Assembly (NCBI GenBank): GCA_965248575.1
Contig: CBDFJQ010000002.1
Span: forward strand, 5,024,001 to 5,088,000
Direction of reading: 5' to 3'
From: Planctomycetota bacterium
Lineage (GTDB): Bacteria > Planctomycetota > B15-G4
Length of the DNA: 64,000 nucleotides
Below, piece by piece: positions 9,123 to 19,097 of this stretch; within the stretch, counting starts at the first letter, position 1; each line of letters opens with the position of its first letter. Both the position numbers and the translations under genes were made by a program. The notes under the pieces were generated by a model that saw only the letters and a list, made by a program, of their open reading frames with translations, was not told where the DNA came from and did not search any database.

Positions 9123-10688
9123 ATGATGCATGCCTGGGGGGGGGTGAAGGGACGGCCTGCCGGCAGGTTGCTGACGTGCCTCGCCTTGTGCGTCCTCGGT
9201 CTGGGTCTAGCGGCCTGTCAGTCCCCTTGCGGGGGGGGGGCGGACAACTTGGCAGGACGAGCGTGGCCTGGGGCTCGCGAGCAGCCCCCGAACCTGCTGG
9301 TGTTCCTTGTCGATGATCTGGGCTGGCAAGACGTCTCCCTTCCGCTGCACACCCATGCGACGGAGTTCAACGAGCGCTACCGGACTCCGCACCTGGAGCA
9401 GCTCGCAGCCGAAGGTCTGGTCTTCACACAGGCCTACGCGTCGGCGCCGGTGTGCACCCCGACTCGCACGAGCCTGATGACGGGCAGTTCGCCGGCCCGC
9501 TCCCACATCACCTACTGGATCTTGCATGAGGGTCAGGACACCTCCGCTGCTTGGGATGGCCTGCAACCACCGGCGTGGGAGCTGAACGGTCTGCAGCCGG
9601 GCGCCGTGACGCTCCCGGGGCTGCTACGCGAGGCCGGCTACCGCACGATCCACGTAGGCAAGGCGCATCTGGGTGCGAAGGGGACGCCAGGCGAGGATCC
9701 CGTGGCGTTGGGTTTCGATGTCAACATTGCGGGACACGGCGCGGGAGCACCTGCGAGTTACCTGGGGTCGGAGTCCTATAGCCGCGGCACGGTCTGGGAC
9801 GTTCCCGGCTTGGCGGACTGGCACGGGCAGGACGTGTTTCTCACGGACGCTCTCGCTGTGGAAGCGGGGCGAGCTGTTCGCGACGCCGTAGCGGCCGAGA
9901 AGCCCTTCTTCCTGCACATGGCACCCTACGCGGTGCACACACCGATCAGCGCGAATGACGCACGCGTCGGGGCCTACTCGCACCTGCCTGCCCGGGAGGC
10001 TGCCTACGCCAGCATGATCGAAACCGTCGACGCGGCCTTGGGCTCGTTGATGCAGACCCTGGACGACTTGGGAGTGCGCGACAACACGTTGGTGGTGTTC
10101 ACCTCGGACAACGGCGGGCTCTCGGCCCATGGTCGGGACGGGCCTGCTCACACTCACAACGCTCCCTTGCGCAGCGGCAAGGGCTCGGCCTATGAGGGCG
10201 GCCTGCGCGTTCCGGCCGTGATGACGTGGCCAGGCCAGATCGCGGCCGCTGGTCGAACCGACGTTCCCATCGTGACGCACGATCTCTTCCCGACCCTGCT
10301 CGCGGCGGCCGGCGTGGCGCTACCGCAAACGCATGCGCCCGCTGTGGACGGCCAGGATCTGCGCCCTGTCTTCGCGGCGCAGGGCCAGCTCGAAGAGCGC
10401 GATCTGCTCTGGCACCAGCCTCACTACTGGGGGGTCGCGGGTCCTGGGATCCAGCCCTTCAGCGCCCTGCGCTCCGGTGAGTGGAAGATCATCTTCTGGC
10501 ACGCCACCGGGCAGCTGGAGCTCTACAACCTGGCCGAGGACGTGGGTGAGCAGCGGAACCTGGCGGACAGCGAACCGGAGCGCCTGAAGATGCTGGCGGG
10601 GCGACTGGGCGCTGCGCTGCGGGAGGCCGGGGCACAACCGTCACGAAACGCCCACTCAGGCGTCGTGGTTCCCTGGCCCGACGCCTGA
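9123..10688 (+). CDS. Cys-type sulfatase (arylsulfatase A family), predicted lipoprotein
   Basis: FLVDDLG; CTPTRTSLMTG signature; GKAHLG; FTSDNGG; YEGGLRVP; ELYNL. Confidence 0.93.
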   Translation: MMHAWGGVKGRPAGRLLTCLALCVLGLGLAACQSPCGGGADNLAGRAWPGAREQPPNLLVFLVDDLGWQDVSLPLHTHATEFNERYRTPHLEQLAAEGLVFTQAYASAPVCTPTRTSLMTGSSPARSHITYWILHEGQDTSAAWDGLQPPAWELNGLQPGAVTLPGLLREAGYRTIHVGKAHLGAKGTPGEDPVALGFDVNIAGHGAGAPASYLGSESYSRGTVWDVPGLADWHGQDVFLTDALAVEAGRAVRDAVAAEKPFFLHMAPYAVHTPISANDARVGAYSHLPAREAAYASMIETVDAALGSLMQTLDDLGVRDNTLVVFTSDNGGLSAHGRDGPAHTHNAPLRSGKGSAYEGGLRVPAVMTWPGQIAAAGRTDVPIVTHDLFPTLLAAAGVALPQTHAPAVDGQDLRPVFAAQGQLEERDLLWHQPHYWGVAGPGIQPFSALRSGEWKIIFWHATGQLELYNLAEDVGEQRNLADSEPERLKMLAGRLGAALREAGAQPSRNAHSGVVVPWPDA

Positions 10689-10725
10689 GCGACTCCAGAG
10701 CCAGGGGAGGCGGATTGCGCCTAAT

Positions 10726-11706
10726 TCAGGGTCCCGTGCCCGTGGCCGCTTGCAGGGCGGCCGCCAAGTCGATGCGGACGCTGTCCGCCGGAATCAGGCC
10801 TTGCTGGATCAAGGCTTGCAGGATGAGCGCGGCCACGGCAGCGAGCCCTTCCTGAGTGGGGTGCAGCGCGTCGTACTGCATGAGTTGAAGATCGTCGGAG
10901 GCTGGCCACGCTTGCCCGGCGATGGGCTGCGGCGGAACGGCCATCAGGTGCGCGTAGATGTCGGGAACAGACACGATGAACACGTTGTCGTTCTCCTCAG
11001 CCCACATATGCACCCGGGCGTCGAGCAGGTGAAGGGCCGCCCGCGTGGGGACCTGCGACCGGCTGAGCATCTTGCCGATGGCCTCGGTGACTACGGGATA
11101 GGGGCTGACGATCACGGGGCAGTCGAAGCGCTCCAGCTTTTCCAGGCCTTGCTCCAGCAACACGAATCGGGAGGCCTCGGGCGGTAGGTCGCCGTAGCCG
11201 AACCAGAAGAGGTAGTCGAGGGCGATGACGAGGGTGGGCTCGTGCTGTTCGACACGGCTAGCGAGCACCTCACCAGTGTTGTCCGGCGCGAGGAAGAAGA
11301 AAGAACTGGCGGCGGAAAGCACGGGTTCGTGAGGGCCGACGATCATGGCGTCGACGAAGGCGTTGAGAGTGACCCGCGTGCCGAACCCGTTGGAGGCGCT
11401 GGAGCCCAGCACTGCGACGCGGTCGAGCAGGCTGGAATCAGCGCGTGTGCTCGTAGCTGCTTGAGGCGCGTCGGCAGTCGAGGTCGGGGAAGCTGCGGCC
11501 GGTGCCGGTACGGGTACGGGTACGGGTACGGGTGCGGGTACGGGTACGGGTGCGGGTGCGGGAAGCGTGGACCGCGAAGCGGCGCAACTCCCCAACGCCA
11601 AGCTGAGCACCAGGGCTGGCAATCCCAGGCCGAGGAACGTCCGACCTCGCCGGGACTTTCGGTGCTGCCTGCGTGTCCTCAACTCATGCATCACGTGGCC
11701 TCTCAT
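10726..11706 (-). CDS. SGNH/GDSL-like hydrolase lipoprotein with Pro-rich linker
   Basis: LGSC lipobox; PAPVPV linker; VAVLGSS block I; YDALHP (DxxH) block V. Confidence 0.6.
   Translation of the reverse strand: MRGHVMHELRTRRQHRKSRRGRTFLGLGLPALVLSLALGSCAASRSTLPAPAPVPVPAPVPVPVPVPAPAAASPTSTADAPQAATSTRADSSLLDRVAVLGSSASNGFGTRVTLNAFVDAMIVGPHEPVLSAASSFFFLAPDNTGEVLASRVEQHEPTLVIALDYLFWFGYGDLPPEASRFVLLEQGLEKLERFDCPVIVSPYPVVTEAIGKMLSRSQVPTRAALHLLDARVHMWAEENDNVFIVSVPDIYAHLMAVPPQPIAGQAWPASDDLQLMQYDALHPTQEGLAAVAALILQALIQQGLIPADSVRIDLAAALQAATGTGP
11501..11560. repeat. Hexamer tandem repeat GGTRCG x10 encoding a (PA/PV)n linker
   Basis: GGTACG/GGTGCG array read directly from the sequence (first unit GGTGCC). 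Confidence 0.9.
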
Positions 11707-11995
11707 GCAGCGCTCTCACCATTCTCGGTCTCCTCCCCAGATCTGCCCCCGGGGCTCTTGCTTGGGTCTGTCGTAGGGGCGTTGCCTGTCGTTTCACCTA
11801 TGCATCAGCCGCTCAGGTGAAGAATCATGACTTCCTGGAGCGGTCGGCTCAATTCATGCGACCCGCGATCCGAAAAGTGGCCCTTCGACGGAGCGTTCGC
11901 GCCCCGCGCGATGCATCCCGATCGAATGAGTCACAGGCGCCACGCCGGTTCGCCCTTGCGAGCTGCGCTGCCGCCGCCCCCGCGAGACTGATCCC

Positions 11996-12742
11996 GTGAC
12001 CAAGCCCTTCCTCCTGCGCCTCGCCCTGGCCCTGCCCCTGGCAGGTCTGGTCAGTTGCGCGAGCCTCTTCTCATCTCCCGACAACAGCCTCACCATGGCA
12101 GACTCCCTCTTGGACAGGGTGGAGCGCATGCACGTCGAGTCGGTGCTCTCCCGGGAGCGCATGAAAGAAGCGCTCGTCTCCTTGAGGGCCATCGTCTCCC
12201 CCGACTTCGAGGGGGACGCCCTCGCCTCCTTCGCGCTTTTCGTGGACGCCGTGGATCGTTCGGAGGAGCAGCAGCGCCGGCTCAGCGGAAGCGTCGGCCC
12301 CATGGAACGCAGCGCCAACAAGGCGTTCGAAGCCTGGAGCGGCAATGTGCAAGCCATCGGCAGTGAGTCCCTGAAGCGTCATGGCAAGGGACGCCTTCTG
12401 GAATCGAAGGAACGCTACGACACGATCCTCGAGTCTCTCGTGCCTGCTCAGGAGACCTACGCCCAGTTCAACGCGCGGCTCCGGGACCACGCCCTCTTCT
12501 TGGGTCTCGATTACACAGCCTCCGCCGTGTCAGAGCTGGGTCAGGAGGTGAGTGAACTCCTGGACCTCGCCCGTTCCCTCGATTCCCAGTTCCGGGCCTG
12601 CGAGGAAGCTGCCGAGACCTACGTCAGGGAATCGGCCCTGCGAGGACAGGTGCAGATCACCCGGGCCCAGGCCCGCGTCAGCACCCGTGGCAAGGCAGGC
12701 GATGCGAGTGCCGATGAGTTCGTGGCCAGCAACAACCGCTGA
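11996..12742 (+). CDS. Coiled-coil lipoprotein, DUF2959-like
   Basis: LVSC lipobox; long amphipathic helices; FEAW, LRDHALFL pattern reminiscent of DUF2959. Confidence 0.6.
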   Translation: MTKPFLLRLALALPLAGLVSCASLFSSPDNSLTMADSLLDRVERMHVESVLSRERMKEALVSLRAIVSPDFEGDALASFALFVDAVDRSEEQQRRLSGSVGPMERSANKAFEAWSGNVQAIGSESLKRHGKGRLLESKERYDTILESLVPAQETYAQFNARLRDHALFLGLDYTASAVSELGQEVSELLDLARSLDSQFRACEEAAETYVRESALRGQVQITRAQARVSTRGKAGDASADEFVASNNR

Positions 12743-12823
12743 GCTCTACTGATACCGGCGCTGCAGGATTGAACGCATCCCCGGGTCGCCGGCCGCACGC
12801 CAGCTACGCAGAAGAGAGTTGCC

Positions 12824-15118
12824 ATGAGTTGGACGCTTCTCGCGTTGCTGGTGCTGGTGCCCGCATTGGGCGTGCTGGCCCTGCTGGCTAGACGTCTCGA
12901 ACTTCAGCGCATGCGGACGCGCATCGAGCAGCGGGAGAGCGAGCAACGTGAGGCTCGCGCCAGCGACCAGCTGCAGCAACCGGTCATCGACCTGTCCCGT
13001 TGCCTGGGGTGTGCCACCTGCGTTGCCGCATGCCCCGAGGCCGGTGTCCTGGACATCGTCCATGGACAGGCAGCGGTGATGAATGGGGGGCGCTGTGTGG
13101 GCGTGTCGGCCTGCGAGCGCGAGTGCCCGGTCGACGCTATCAGCGTCAGCCTGGCCCGGGTCGAGGAGCGCGATGACATCCCCGCGCTCACCCCTGGGTT
13201 GGAGGCCGTGGGTGTCCCCGGGTTGTTTCTCGCGGGAGAGGTGACCGCCCACGCCTTGGTCAAGACGGCGGTGGATCACGGAACGGCCGTGGCCGCGACG
13301 GTCGCGGCGCGCTTGGGCGAGTCGGGGGGCGGCGCTGACGAACCGACGCCGGCCGCCTTGGACCTCTGCATCGTTGGGGCGGGCCCCGCCGGCCTGGCCT
13401 GCGCGCTGGAGGCCAAGCGCCTCGGGCTCAAGACGATCCTGCTGGATCAGGAATCGAGCCCGGGCGGAACGGTGGCCAAGTATCCGCGGCGCAAGCTGGT
13501 GCTCACGGAGCCCCTCGATCTGCCGCTGCACGGTCGCTTGCGGCGCCGTTCCTACGGCAAGGAGGAACTCGTGGAGCTCTGGGAGCGGTTGGTGCGTGAG
13601 CACGAGTTGCCGCTCGAGAGCGAGGTGCGGCTTCAGTCGGTCGGCCGGCCGTCCCAGGGCGGCTTCTCCGTGCAGACGAATCGCGGTTCCTACCACGCGA
13701 ACTCCCTTTGTCTGGCGATCGGCCGGCGCGGCACGCCGCGCCGCCTGGATGTGCCCGGCGAGGACCTCCCGAAGGTTGCCTACAGCCTTCTGGACGCTCG
13801 TTCCTACCAGGGGCGCCGCACGCTCATCGTGGGCGCGGGGGACAGCGCCGTGGAGGCTGCCCTCGCCCTGGCAGAGCAAGAGGGCAATGTCGTCACGCTG
13901 CTGACCCGCGGCGCCAGCGTGACGCGCCCGCGCCAAGCGAACCGGGAACGACTCGAACGCGCAACGGCGCGGGGTGAGATCACGCTGATGACAGACGCCC
14001 AGGTGCACAGCATCCTCGAACACGAGGTGCATGTGCGCATCGTGTCTGACGAGAGCCCGGCACCCGGCAAACTCTGGTCCGTGCCCAACGACGATGTGTT
14101 CGTCATGGCTGGCGGGATCGCTCCGCAGGGCCTGCTGAACCAGGCCGGTGTGTCCTTCGACCCCGCGGATCGCCCCCAACAAGCGCCGCCCGCCGAGCAG
14201 GGAGCCGGCCTGCTGAAAGCGTTGATCGGAGCGACCAGCCTGGCGGTGGTCGCGCTGCTGTTCGCCGTGTGGAACGCGGATTACTACCTCTTGCCGACCG
14301 AACTCCGGCCTGAGCATCACAAGCATCAGTGGTTGCGGCCTGGCCTCGGCTTCGGCCTCTGGCTCGGGGTGCTGGGCGTCGGCTTGATCCTGGTGAATCT
14401 CGCCTATCTGGTGCGGCGGGCCTCCTGGGGTTTCCGCTTCGGTTCCCTGCGCACCTGGATGAGCACGCATGTGGCCACGGGTGTGTTGGCCTTGCTGTGC
14501 GCCCTCCTGCACGCGGGCATGTCACCGCGCAACACGGTGGGCGGGCACGCGTTCTGGGCCCTGTCCGTCCTGCTCATCACCGGCGGCCTCGGGCGTTATT
14601 TCTACGCCTGGGTCCCGCGGGCCGCCAATGGACGCGAGTTGGAGTTGGCCGAGGTGAAGGCAGGGCTCCGGGGAGACGCCCTGTCGGCCCCGGACGTCGA
14701 ACGATGGAGCGGTGGGCAGCGGCGATTCCGGGAGCAGGCCGAGCAGGATGTGCTGGCGCTCGTGGACTCCAAGCAGTGGGGTGCGTCCTTTCCGGCTCGC
14801 GCCCTGGCGTTGGTGGGGGTGCGCCGGGACCTGGCCGCCGTCTTGCGCGGTATCGAGCAGCGCGGGCGGGACGAAGGCGTGGAGGCGGTGCAGGTGGACG
14901 AAACCCTCTTGCTCGCCAAGAAGGGTTACCGCAGCGCTCTCATGGCGGCGCATGTCGAGGACCTGCGTGGGCTCTTGGCGACCTGGCGCTATGTGCACCG
15001 TTGGTTCACGTTGCTGATGCTCGTCCTGCTCACACTGCACGTGGTCTACGCCCTCAAGTACGGGTCATTCCTGTCCGACGAACCCGTGATGGACATGACG
15101 CTGGATGCAGCGGAATGA
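12824..15118 (+). CDS. Inner-membrane fusion oxidoreductase: TM + ferredoxin (Fe-S) + TrxR-like FAD/NAD(P)H domain + cytochrome-b-like membrane domain
   Basis: CLGCATCVAACP and CVGVSACERECP; IVGAGPAG (FAD); IVGAGDSAVEAA (NAD(P)H); TM His pairs WMSTHVATG...LLH and WRYVH...TLHV. Confidence 0.85.
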   Translation: MSWTLLALLVLVPALGVLALLARRLELQRMRTRIEQRESEQREARASDQLQQPVIDLSRCLGCATCVAACPEAGVLDIVHGQAAVMNGGRCVGVSACERECPVDAISVSLARVEERDDIPALTPGLEAVGVPGLFLAGEVTAHALVKTAVDHGTAVAATVAARLGESGGGADEPTPAALDLCIVGAGPAGLACALEAKRLGLKTILLDQESSPGGTVAKYPRRKLVLTEPLDLPLHGRLRRRSYGKEELVELWERLVREHELPLESEVRLQSVGRPSQGGFSVQTNRGSYHANSLCLAIGRRGTPRRLDVPGEDLPKVAYSLLDARSYQGRRTLIVGAGDSAVEAALALAEQEGNVVTLLTRGASVTRPRQANRERLERATARGEITLMTDAQVHSILEHEVHVRIVSDESPAPGKLWSVPNDDVFVMAGGIAPQGLLNQAGVSFDPADRPQQAPPAEQGAGLLKALIGATSLAVVALLFAVWNADYYLLPTELRPEHHKHQWLRPGLGFGLWLGVLGVGLILVNLAYLVRRASWGFRFGSLRTWMSTHVATGVLALLCALLHAGMSPRNTVGGHAFWALSVLLITGGLGRYFYAWVPRAANGRELELAEVKAGLRGDALSAPDVERWSGGQRRFREQAEQDVLALVDSKQWGASFPARALALVGVRRDLAAVLRGIEQRGRDEGVEAVQVDETLLLAKKGYRSALMAAHVEDLRGLLATWRYVHRWFTLLMLVLLTLHVVYALKYGSFLSDEPVMDMTLDAAE

Positions 15119-17238
15119 AGTCCCGCCGTCCAGGAGTCTGGATTGCGTGCCTTTCCGTGGCCCTGGTGGCTATCGCGGGTGTTGCCGATGTCCGCCGAGC
15201 GGCACCTGGCCCGCTCTCGGCGGTGCACGCTGCCGACCCGGCCTTGGCCGAGATGGTGGATTGCGCTGCCTGTCACGGCGGATTGCTGGGCAGCCTCGCG
15301 GACTCCTGCCTGGAGTGTCACGGCCTCATCGATGACCAGGTGGCCGAGGCCAGCGGCTTGCACGGAACGCTGCCCCAGGGAGAGGCACGGCGCTGCGCCA
15401 ACTGCCACAGCGAGCATCACGGCAGTTCGTTCAGCATCGTCAACCAGCAGAGCTATACCCGGATGGGCATTCAGGACCCGGAGGCCTTCAACCACGTGTT
15501 GGTGGGTTTCGCCATGGACGGTGCCCACCTGGAACAAGACTGCATCAAGTGTCATGAGCACGCGCGCGATGAGGTCTTGCCGCGCGGTGCCACCCGCTTC
15601 CTGGGGTTGAGCCAGGACTGCGCGAGTTGTCACGACGACCCGCACGAGGGCCGCATGGTCCTGGACTGTGCACAGTGCCACGGCCAGGAACGCTTCGAGG
15701 ACTTCGACTCCTTGGGGCATGAACGCTTCCTGCCGTTGCTGGGGGCGCACGAGGCCGCTGAGTGCGGCGAGTGCCACGCCCCGGAGTCTCCCCAGGCGCT
15801 GGAATCGCTGGGCATGCAGGTCGACCGGGAAGCTGCTCGCGAGTGCGCCGATTGCCACGAGTCGCCGCACGCCGCGAATGCCATGGAATCGGTGGCACAG
15901 CACAGCGCGCCGGCCTTTCCCCGACCGATGCGGGCCGGATCCAGCTGTGCCGTCTGTCACGAGGCCGAGCACACCTCCTTCCGGGACGATCGACTCGACC
16001 TGCGCCCGGACCTGCACGCCCAGCTCGGGTTCTCCTTGGACCAACCACACGACGAGCTGTCGTGTGCGGAGTGTCATGGAGAGTCAGGCGGTGCCTTCTC
16101 GGAGCGCTTTCCTGGGCGGGAGTCTCAGGACTGTGCTGCCTGTCACGAAGACCCCCACGCGGGTCAGTTCCAGAAGGGGCCGTTTGCAGAGCAGGGCTGC
16201 GTCGCCTGCCATGGTCCCACGGAGTTTGAACCCCATGCCTTCGGTGCTGAGCAGCACGCCCAAGCCTTCCTGCCCCTGGATGGCTCGCACGCCGAAATCG
16301 CCTGCGAGGCTTGCCACGAGCAGCCCTACCGTGACGCAGCGCGCGTCTTCCGGGGGACGCCCAACCGTTGCGAGTCCTGTCACGAAGATGCCCACGATGG
16401 GGCCTTCGATGCCGTGGCTCAACGCCTTCCTCGACAGCGAGAGGGGCTCTGCAGCCGCTGCCATGACAGCGGACGCTTCGACAAGTTGGCCGAGCCGTTC
16501 GAGCACGCGCAGTGGACGGGCTTCGAGCTCACGGGGGCGCATGTGCAGGAGGCCTGCGATGTGTGCCATCTGCCTGCGGATGAAGCGGACGAGCAGGGGC
16601 GTCGCTTCGGCCATGTGAGTGATCAGTTCGGCTTCGTGGAGGGTTGCAACAGCTGTCACGCCGACCCGCACGAGGGCCGCTTTGATGGTCCCCTGGTGCC
16701 CTCGCGCGTCAGTGGCCAGGCCGAGTGCGCCCGCTGCCACGACACGACCAGCTTCAGGTCCCTTGTTGACCCCTTCGACCACCGGCTGTGGACGGGCTTT
16801 CCGCTCAATGGAACCCACGGCAGCAGCGACTGTTCGTCGTGCCATGCTCCCGTGCGCCCGCTCTTCCTCGCAGCGGGCCAGGACGGAATCGGGAGCGCAG
16901 CTCGCGACGGGCGCACATGGGAGCGCGCCCTTGGAACGGACTGCTCGTCCTGCCATGAGGATTCCCATGCCGGGCAGTTCGCGCAGCGGGGTGCCACGGA
17001 TTGTGCCGCATGCCACAGGGATTCCGAGAGCTTCTCCGACCTGCGCTTCAGCCACGAGAGCGATTCGCGCTTCTCGCTGGGCGAGGCTCATCGCCAACTT
17101 GAATGCGCGGCCTGTCACGAGCCGGTGCGGAGGGGCGGCCAGGAGATCGTGCTCTACACGCCGCTGCCGACGGAATGCGTCGATTGTCACGGCGTGCATG
17201 AGTCGGTCCTGCTGCGACGGGCGGGACTGCAGCGATGA
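15115..17238 (+). CDS. Periplasmic multiheme cytochrome c, 23 CxxCH motifs (707 aa)
   Basis: ATG overlaps upstream TGA (ATGA); N-terminal signal/anchor; 23 CxxCH counted, arranged in repeated three-heme modules. Confidence 0.95.
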   Translation: MKSRRPGVWIACLSVALVAIAGVADVRRAAPGPLSAVHAADPALAEMVDCAACHGGLLGSLADSCLECHGLIDDQVAEASGLHGTLPQGEARRCANCHSEHHGSSFSIVNQQSYTRMGIQDPEAFNHVLVGFAMDGAHLEQDCIKCHEHARDEVLPRGATRFLGLSQDCASCHDDPHEGRMVLDCAQCHGQERFEDFDSLGHERFLPLLGAHEAAECGECHAPESPQALESLGMQVDREAARECADCHESPHAANAMESVAQHSAPAFPRPMRAGSSCAVCHEAEHTSFRDDRLDLRPDLHAQLGFSLDQPHDELSCAECHGESGGAFSERFPGRESQDCAACHEDPHAGQFQKGPFAEQGCVACHGPTEFEPHAFGAEQHAQAFLPLDGSHAEIACEACHEQPYRDAARVFRGTPNRCESCHEDAHDGAFDAVAQRLPRQREGLCSRCHDSGRFDKLAEPFEHAQWTGFELTGAHVQEACDVCHLPADEADEQGRRFGHVSDQFGFVEGCNSCHADPHEGRFDGPLVPSRVSGQAECARCHDTTSFRSLVDPFDHRLWTGFPLNGTHGSSDCSSCHAPVRPLFLAAGQDGIGSAARDGRTWERALGTDCSSCHEDSHAGQFAQRGATDCAACHRDSESFSDLRFSHESDSRFSLGEAHRQLECAACHEPVRRGGQEIVLYTPLPTECVDCHGVHESVLLRRAGLQR

Positions 17239-19097
17239 AGCGTCCCGTTTCCGTCGGCCTCTTTGGGATGTGCGTTCTTGCCTCCGCCCTGCAGGCGCAG
17301 GACGTGGGCGCCCCTGCGACGGCCTTTGCTGCAACCGCCGCGCCTGCCCGCGTTCCGCAGGCGAGGCCAACCCAGAGACGCAGGGCGCAGGACGGCGATG
17401 CCGTACACGCGCTGGACCTGCGCGTCTTGGGGCTGGAGCCCGCTGGGCTCGTGAAGGTGGACCGGGGTGAGCGGGACCTCGTGCAGGTCGGCGACCGGGT
17501 CCTCTTCAGGCCCTTGGGACGCCCTCAGGTGGAGGGCCGCGTGAGCCAGGTCGATGCACGCACGAGCCTCGTGAAGCTGGACCTCAAGCAGAGCAAACTC
17601 GAGCCGGGCATGCCGGGCGTGGTGCTGGTGCCAAGCAGCCGCTTCGAACCCTCGGAGCCGCCGCCTCAACCTGAGCCCAGCCCAGGGCTGAATCCGCAGC
17701 TGAACGGCGCCTCGGAGTTTCATGGACCGCGCCGACCCCCGGTGCGTTGGACCAACCGGGATGACGGTTACCGCAAAGGGATGCCGTTGCTCAGCACGGC
17801 CGAGATCCTGACCCCCGAGCAGCGCCCAGTCAGAATGGTCGGCCGCGTCTCGGTGTTCGCGAATGCCGGGCGCAGCAGCCTGGATGACCGCACGGATGCC
17901 TTCGCGCGGTTGGGCGCTGATGTCGAGCTGGAGAATCCCTTTGGCCGGGGTGGCCGGGTGCACGTCGACGGTGAGCTCAATCACCGTCGGACAGACGTGG
18001 ACGGCCAGGTCAATGAGCAGTTCTCAAAGGCGCGCTTGGATCGCGCGTCCTATGCCTGGGGTGGCACGCGTTGGCAGCCCGTGCGCCAGGAGGTCGGCCG
18101 CTTCCTGCAGCCCGTGGTGCCCGAGTTCGGCGTGCTCGACGGCTGGAGCTGGTCGACGCGCGAGGACGATGGCACCCGCATGGGTGGCAGCGTGGGCTTC
18201 ATGCCCGAACCGAACATCAGTCTCTCGACGGGCAAGGACCTGGCGGCTTCTGGCTTCTATCGTTGGGTCTCGGATGACAGCGAGCGTTTCGCCACCACTG
18301 TGGGTGTGCAGAAGACCTGGCATCACGGCAAGCGCGATCGCGACCTGATCCTGGCCAAGCTCCAGATCGTCCCGGAGCAGGGCTGGAGCGTGCATGCGAG
18401 TGCGTGGGTCGACTACTACGCCGCGAGTGATGATGCCAAGGACAGCGGCTTCGAGTTGACCGAGGCCCACGCTTCCGCGACCCGCCGCTTCGACGACGTG
18501 GCTGAGGTGACGCTGGCTTTCGACCATCGACGCTTTCCCGAACTGCTGCGCGAGGAGTTCTCTCCGGTCGCCCTGGCCCAGCTCGCGGACGACCGGCATG
18601 ACCGTGTGTCTGCCCGGGGTCGGCGCCAGCTCGAGCAGGGTGTGGACATCCTGGCGGAAGTGGGCGCCTGGGATGACGAAGACGAATCCGGCGGCGATGC
18701 CGAGTTGGGCATGGAGTGGTCGGATCTGCTGGCGCGGGGAAGTCGCTCCAGCGCCTCGGTCTGGCTTGCCGAGGGGCGCTTCTCACGCAGCACTGGCGCG
18801 CGCGTGGCCTATGGCATGCCCTTCAAGCCGTTGAGCTTCAGCTCGGGTTCTGCCGGTGCCGGGCAGAGGGCCGGCCAGTCGAGCGGGCGATGGGATGTCT
18901 CCTATGAGCTGAGCGAGCACGAAAACGCCGACTTCAACGTGGATTTCGCCACGGTGGTCCAACACTGGGTGCGTCTCAGTTGGGGCTTCCATCTGGCCGA
19001 TGGTTGGAGAGGCACCCTGAGCGCCGACGCCCGGCTGTGGGACGACGGTGACGAGGATGCGCAGTCCGTCCACCTTTCCTTGACGAAGAGCTTCTAG
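17235..19097 (+). CDS. Putative outer-membrane beta-barrel (porin) of a porin-cytochrome conduit
   Basis: Sec signal ending ALQA; small N-terminal beta domain plus Pro linker; many amphipathic beta-strand-like segments; C-terminal HLSLTKSF with terminal Phe; flanked by cytochromes. Confidence 0.75.
   Translation: MKRPVSVGLFGMCVLASALQAQDVGAPATAFAATAAPARVPQARPTQRRRAQDGDAVHALDLRVLGLEPAGLVKVDRGERDLVQVGDRVLFRPLGRPQVEGRVSQVDARTSLVKLDLKQSKLEPGMPGVVLVPSSRFEPSEPPPQPEPSPGLNPQLNGASEFHGPRRPPVRWTNRDDGYRKGMPLLSTAEILTPEQRPVRMVGRVSVFANAGRSSLDDRTDAFARLGADVELENPFGRGGRVHVDGELNHRRTDVDGQVNEQFSKARLDRASYAWGGTRWQPVRQEVGRFLQPVVPEFGVLDGWSWSTREDDGTRMGGSVGFMPEPNISLSTGKDLAASGFYRWVSDDSERFATTVGVQKTWHHGKRDRDLILAKLQIVPEQGWSVHASAWVDYYAASDDAKDSGFELTEAHASATRRFDDVAEVTLAFDHRRFPELLREEFSPVALAQLADDRHDRVSARGRRQLEQGVDILAEVGAWDDEDESGGDAELGMEWSDLLARGSRSSASVWLAEGRFSRSTGARVAYGMPFKPLSFSSGSAGAGQRAGQSSGRWDVSYELSEHENADFNVDFATVVQHWVRLSWGFHLADGWRGTLSADARLWDDGDEDAQSVHLSLTKSF

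Noticed and set aside
11501..11560. Hexamer repeat as a phase-variation switch
   Set aside because: Unit length is a multiple of 3, so slippage changes only linker length; the same applies to the 12-bp repeat at 50230
14329..15114. 262-aa N-terminal extension of the multiheme ORF
   Set aside because: Overlaps the oxidoreductase in another frame with Arg/Gly-rich nonsense composition; ATG 15115 gives a signal peptide and an ATGA overlap
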